Shown: positions 61,389 through 64,000 of the stretch, in pieces
Layout of the letters: every line of letters starts with the position of its first letter
How positions within the stretch are numbered: the first letter of the stretch is position 1
DNA from: Balanoglossus misakiensis
Lineage: Eukaryota > Animalia > Hemichordata
Length of the DNA: 64,000 bases
Reading direction: 5' to 3'
NCBI GenBank assembly: GCA_040954595.2
Contig: CM082588.2
Coordinates: 4,838,156 to 4,902,155, forward strand
The notes under the pieces: generated by a model
Seen by the model: the letters and a program-made list of their open reading frames with translations, nothing else
Told to the model about the DNA's origin: nothing
Databases searched by the model: none
Position numbers and translations under genes: made by a program

Positions 61389-63587
61389 TTAGCGCTTCAA
61401 CTCTGCGTATTCTACGGGCGAGTCTTTCCGTCTGATTTTGGGAGAGTTTCTCCTGTCAAAGTCAAGGTCTGCGTAAACCAAACCTTCCACATTTCTCTCC
61501 TTTTTACCGTGATCGCCATTACCATCATTATTGTCACTATTTCGGGCACCAACGTTAGACTGACCGCCACATCCGTTGCCATCACTACCACAGACGTCGT
61601 CTCGTGCTGCATCTTTCCGGACCTCGGTTGGTGGGGCTCGTAGAGAAAGGTCGAACGAGGTCAAACTAACATCATCATCTCCATGTTCTGGGGGTTCTTG
61701 TTTCACGTTGCGGTTGCTGAATCTCTCGCCGTCATCCCCGCAGACTACGGGTGATTGGCCACTGTTGGCGTTGATTAGTGCCGCAACGTGTCTGAGGTCT
61801 TCAGTCGCGACGGTCGAAGGGTCATCGGAGATAGACGAGGCACGGGAGTCTTTCACCGTGACCGGCGACGAACATGCCGTCGTCATGTTGTTCTCTTCGC
61901 TGATGTTCAAATCGTTCAAAACGACTTCTTCGTCAGTGGGCGTTTCGTAATCATTCTCGACCCGAAGAGCGTTCTCTGCCGAGTTGAAACGCCGAAGCCG
62001 GCATGCGTCCGTGTTGTCGATGTAGGTCTCCGGTGTCCATTTTCTACGTCGCCTGTAGCGATGTAAGACGACGCCGACCACGATTAGGCTGAGAAAGAAA
62101 ATTGCTAGCGACGGCAATGTCATGTAGATGATCGAAGTGTTGTCTAAGGCGGTTGACGAATCCGGCCTTGGAATTATCGCCGGCGACGTCGCCGAGTCGA
62201 CGGTGAATTTAGCAGTCGTCGTGTTTTTCAAAGGCGGTGAGCTGGCGACGCTCAAAGTCCCGGCGTTCTCGTGTCTTTCAAATTTCTTCACGGTCACCTT
62301 TCTCGACAATGTACTGGTCCTGACCTGATTCCGCACCGCACACGTTATCTGCATACCGTCGTTTCCCTCGTGTAAGTTCTTCACCGTGATGGTTCGGCCC
62401 CGTCTCGCCACGTGATAGCAGGCGCCGGTTTCGGCTATCGGCCGTTGGTTCAGCAGCCACTGGTACTCCGATACCGGAGGGTTTGCGATGGCCGAGCATT
62501 CCAGGCGGAAAGACCCGTTGACGTGTGTTTCGACGGAGACTGGGAAAATGGATATGATCGGCGGATAGTACACTCGGAACGGTCCGAGCTTGCATTGTCT
62601 CTGGTCGAGGGTGGCGATGGGGCTGTGGATGACACAGGATACCACTGTCTTGTCGTCAACGGCTGATAGAGTCCAGCTATCGCGTATGTCGAACCGACCT
62701 GTGTTAGGGAACAGCCGCGAGCCGTTGAACTCACCCAAGTCCGTGAACCACGAGAGGTAGTGCAGCGCCTCTGATGTGTTTTTGCCGCGGACAGAGCACG
62801 TGGTTGTCAACCCATCCCCGGCCTCGTAGAACTCACGCGGCCCGCTCTCTGTCTCGCAGGAGTATCGCAGAACCGACAGCGACGCTTTCTGCGAATTCAT
62901 GATCCCGTGTCCCCGCGAGAGGTAGACCATGCAGTAGTATTCGCCGCCGTCTTCGGGGGACAGGTTGCTAATCCTCAAGTCAAATTCACCGGAGGATGTT
63001 GAGCCGGTCACCGCGTAATGGTCGAGATCTTCCGCCCCGTCTGGCAATCTGTTCATCGATATGTGATGGTTTGTTGATATGACGTCGCTTCCTTTTATCC
63101 ACCGCACCACCATCTTGTCGTGCGTGAAGTTGTTGACATGGCAACGGAGCACGGCCGTTTCTCCATCCACGGTCATCACGTCTTCTGGCTGTTGGTCGAA
63201 GCTCGGGATTGGAAGCGGTAGAATGGAGAGGACGCCGGGGTTGGACTCGGCGAGCTGGCTCCCGCCGGAGCCGAATATCGCGCACGTGTACTCTCCGCCG
63301 TCACTCCATGCGACGTCGCGGATCTTCAGATCGTGCAGGCCACGTGGTTCCACGGACACTATCTCGTACTTTGGATCAGTCTCTGAATCAATCAGCGTGC
63401 CGTTGAACTTCCATCGCACCGTGTACCCAGCTCGGAGTCCGTCCACGCTGCAATACATCACACCAGTGGTTCCCTGGATGACGTCAATATTCTGAGGGTC
63501 GCCTTTGATGCGTGCATAAGAACTGGACGCCCTCGCTGCAACACCACAGAAAATCAAGAAAACCAAACGTAGCACTGATGCCGACAT
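61389..63587 (-). CDS. IgSF receptor 8: signal peptide, 4 Ig domains, TM, tail with double ITIM-like motifs; single-exon CDS
   Basis: Signal MSASVLRLVFLIFCGVAARASS from ATG 63587 (an in-frame ATG at 63677 is an alternative start). MYCSV..RW..DGGEYTC, LRCHV..RW..DGGEYYC, TTCSV..SW..VSC and LECSAIANP..QW..ITCAVRN. TM IIYMTLPSLAIFFLSLIVVGVVL; tail has NDYETP, LVYADL and VEYAEL. Confidence 0.92.
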   Translation of the reverse strand: MSASVLRLVFLIFCGVAARASSSYARIKGDPQNIDVIQGTTGVMYCSVDGLRAGYTVRWKFNGTLIDSETDPKYEIVSVEPRGLHDLKIRDVAWSDGGEYTCAIFGSGGSQLAESNPGVLSILPLPIPSFDQQPEDVMTVDGETAVLRCHVNNFTHDKMVVRWIKGSDVISTNHHISMNRLPDGAEDLDHYAVTGSTSSGEFDLRISNLSPEDGGEYYCMVYLSRGHGIMNSQKASLSVLRYSCETESGPREFYEAGDGLTTTCSVRGKNTSEALHYLSWFTDLGEFNGSRLFPNTGRFDIRDSWTLSAVDDKTVVSCVIHSPIATLDQRQCKLGPFRVYYPPIISIFPVSVETHVNGSFRLECSAIANPPVSEYQWLLNQRPIAETGACYHVARRGRTITVKNLHEGNDGMQITCAVRNQVRTSTLSRKVTVKKFERHENAGTLSVASSPPLKNTTTAKFTVDSATSPAIIPRPDSSTALDNTSIIYMTLPSLAIFFLSLIVVGVVLHRYRRRRKWTPETYIDNTDACRLRRFNSAENALRVENDYETPTDEEVVLNDLNISEENNMTTACSSPVTVKDSRASSISDDPSTVATEDLRHVAALINANSGQSPVVCGDDGERFSNRNVKQEPPEHGDDDVSLTSFDLSLRAPPTEVRKDAARDDVCGSDGNGCGGQSNVGARNSDNNDGNGDHGKKERNVEGLVYADLDFDRRNSPKIRRKDSPVEYAELKR

Positions 63588-64000
63588 TATCCGGGACTGA
63601 TTCGCAAAAAAATGCGCAATTGTAGAAAACGATCTGCTAACGCCTCGAGATCTGGCGTTTCTATTTATATTTGTCATCCGCGGCGAGTAATCATCACGTT
63701 ATGTTTATTCACAATTTGGGGTATCTGTTTCTTGTTTTTGCATTTACATGGTGTCTATGACCGACCGTGGCTGCGTGAAGTCAACTTTTAAGGAAAGAAA
63801 AATAACAGGCAATGATTGGTTAAAGATAATGCAACGCGTCACTGGGGAAAAAATTGCCACGAACGGAAAGACTGTGATGGTGAGATTGTGTAATATGACC
63901 GAGCGTTTACCTGGTTACTCGGCGTACAGGAAACAGATTGCATGTCGAAATTCCCCCCCCCCCCCCGGCAATAAATATGCCGATGTGTGTACCTTCAATC

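Noticed and set aside
36848-63587. Calling the receptors Siglecs, SIRPs, VCBPs or rearranging antigen receptors
   Set aside because: No Siglec-type F-strand Arg motif in the first domain, no evident C1-set domains, no chitin-binding domain, and no J-like FGxG segments or recombination signal sequences seen; the similarity is architectural only.

Overview
Eukaryotic (animal) genomic DNA, about 40% GC, with GT-AG introns. It looks like a marine invertebrate, plausibly a deuterostome, but that is inference only. The left half holds four genes: a single-exon bombesin/GRP-type neuropeptide GPCR (12486-13649), an unidentified 5-exon minus-strand gene (about 188 aa), a spliced SKA3-like gene divergent from it, and a 10-exon malonyl-CoA decarboxylase (MLYCD). 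The right half (36.8-63.7 kb) is the highlight: a tandem cluster of eight immunoglobulin-superfamily surface receptors, each encoded by one uninterrupted ORF. Five have 3 Ig domains (+ strand) and three have 4 Ig domains (- strand). Four end in a conserved NVEGL(T/V)YADLD ... (T/P)(V/E)YAx(L/I) double-tyrosine module of the SIRP-alpha/Siglec ITIM-ITSM type. One looks GPI-anchored, one has a truncated tail, and two have unrelated tails. An inverted pseudogene remnant of a ninth receptor tail and a tandemly duplicated gene for a small secreted His/Gly-rich prepropeptide (antimicrobial-peptide-like architecture) lie inside the cluster. Together these look like an invertebrate immune or allorecognition receptor complex undergoing birth-and-death evolution.
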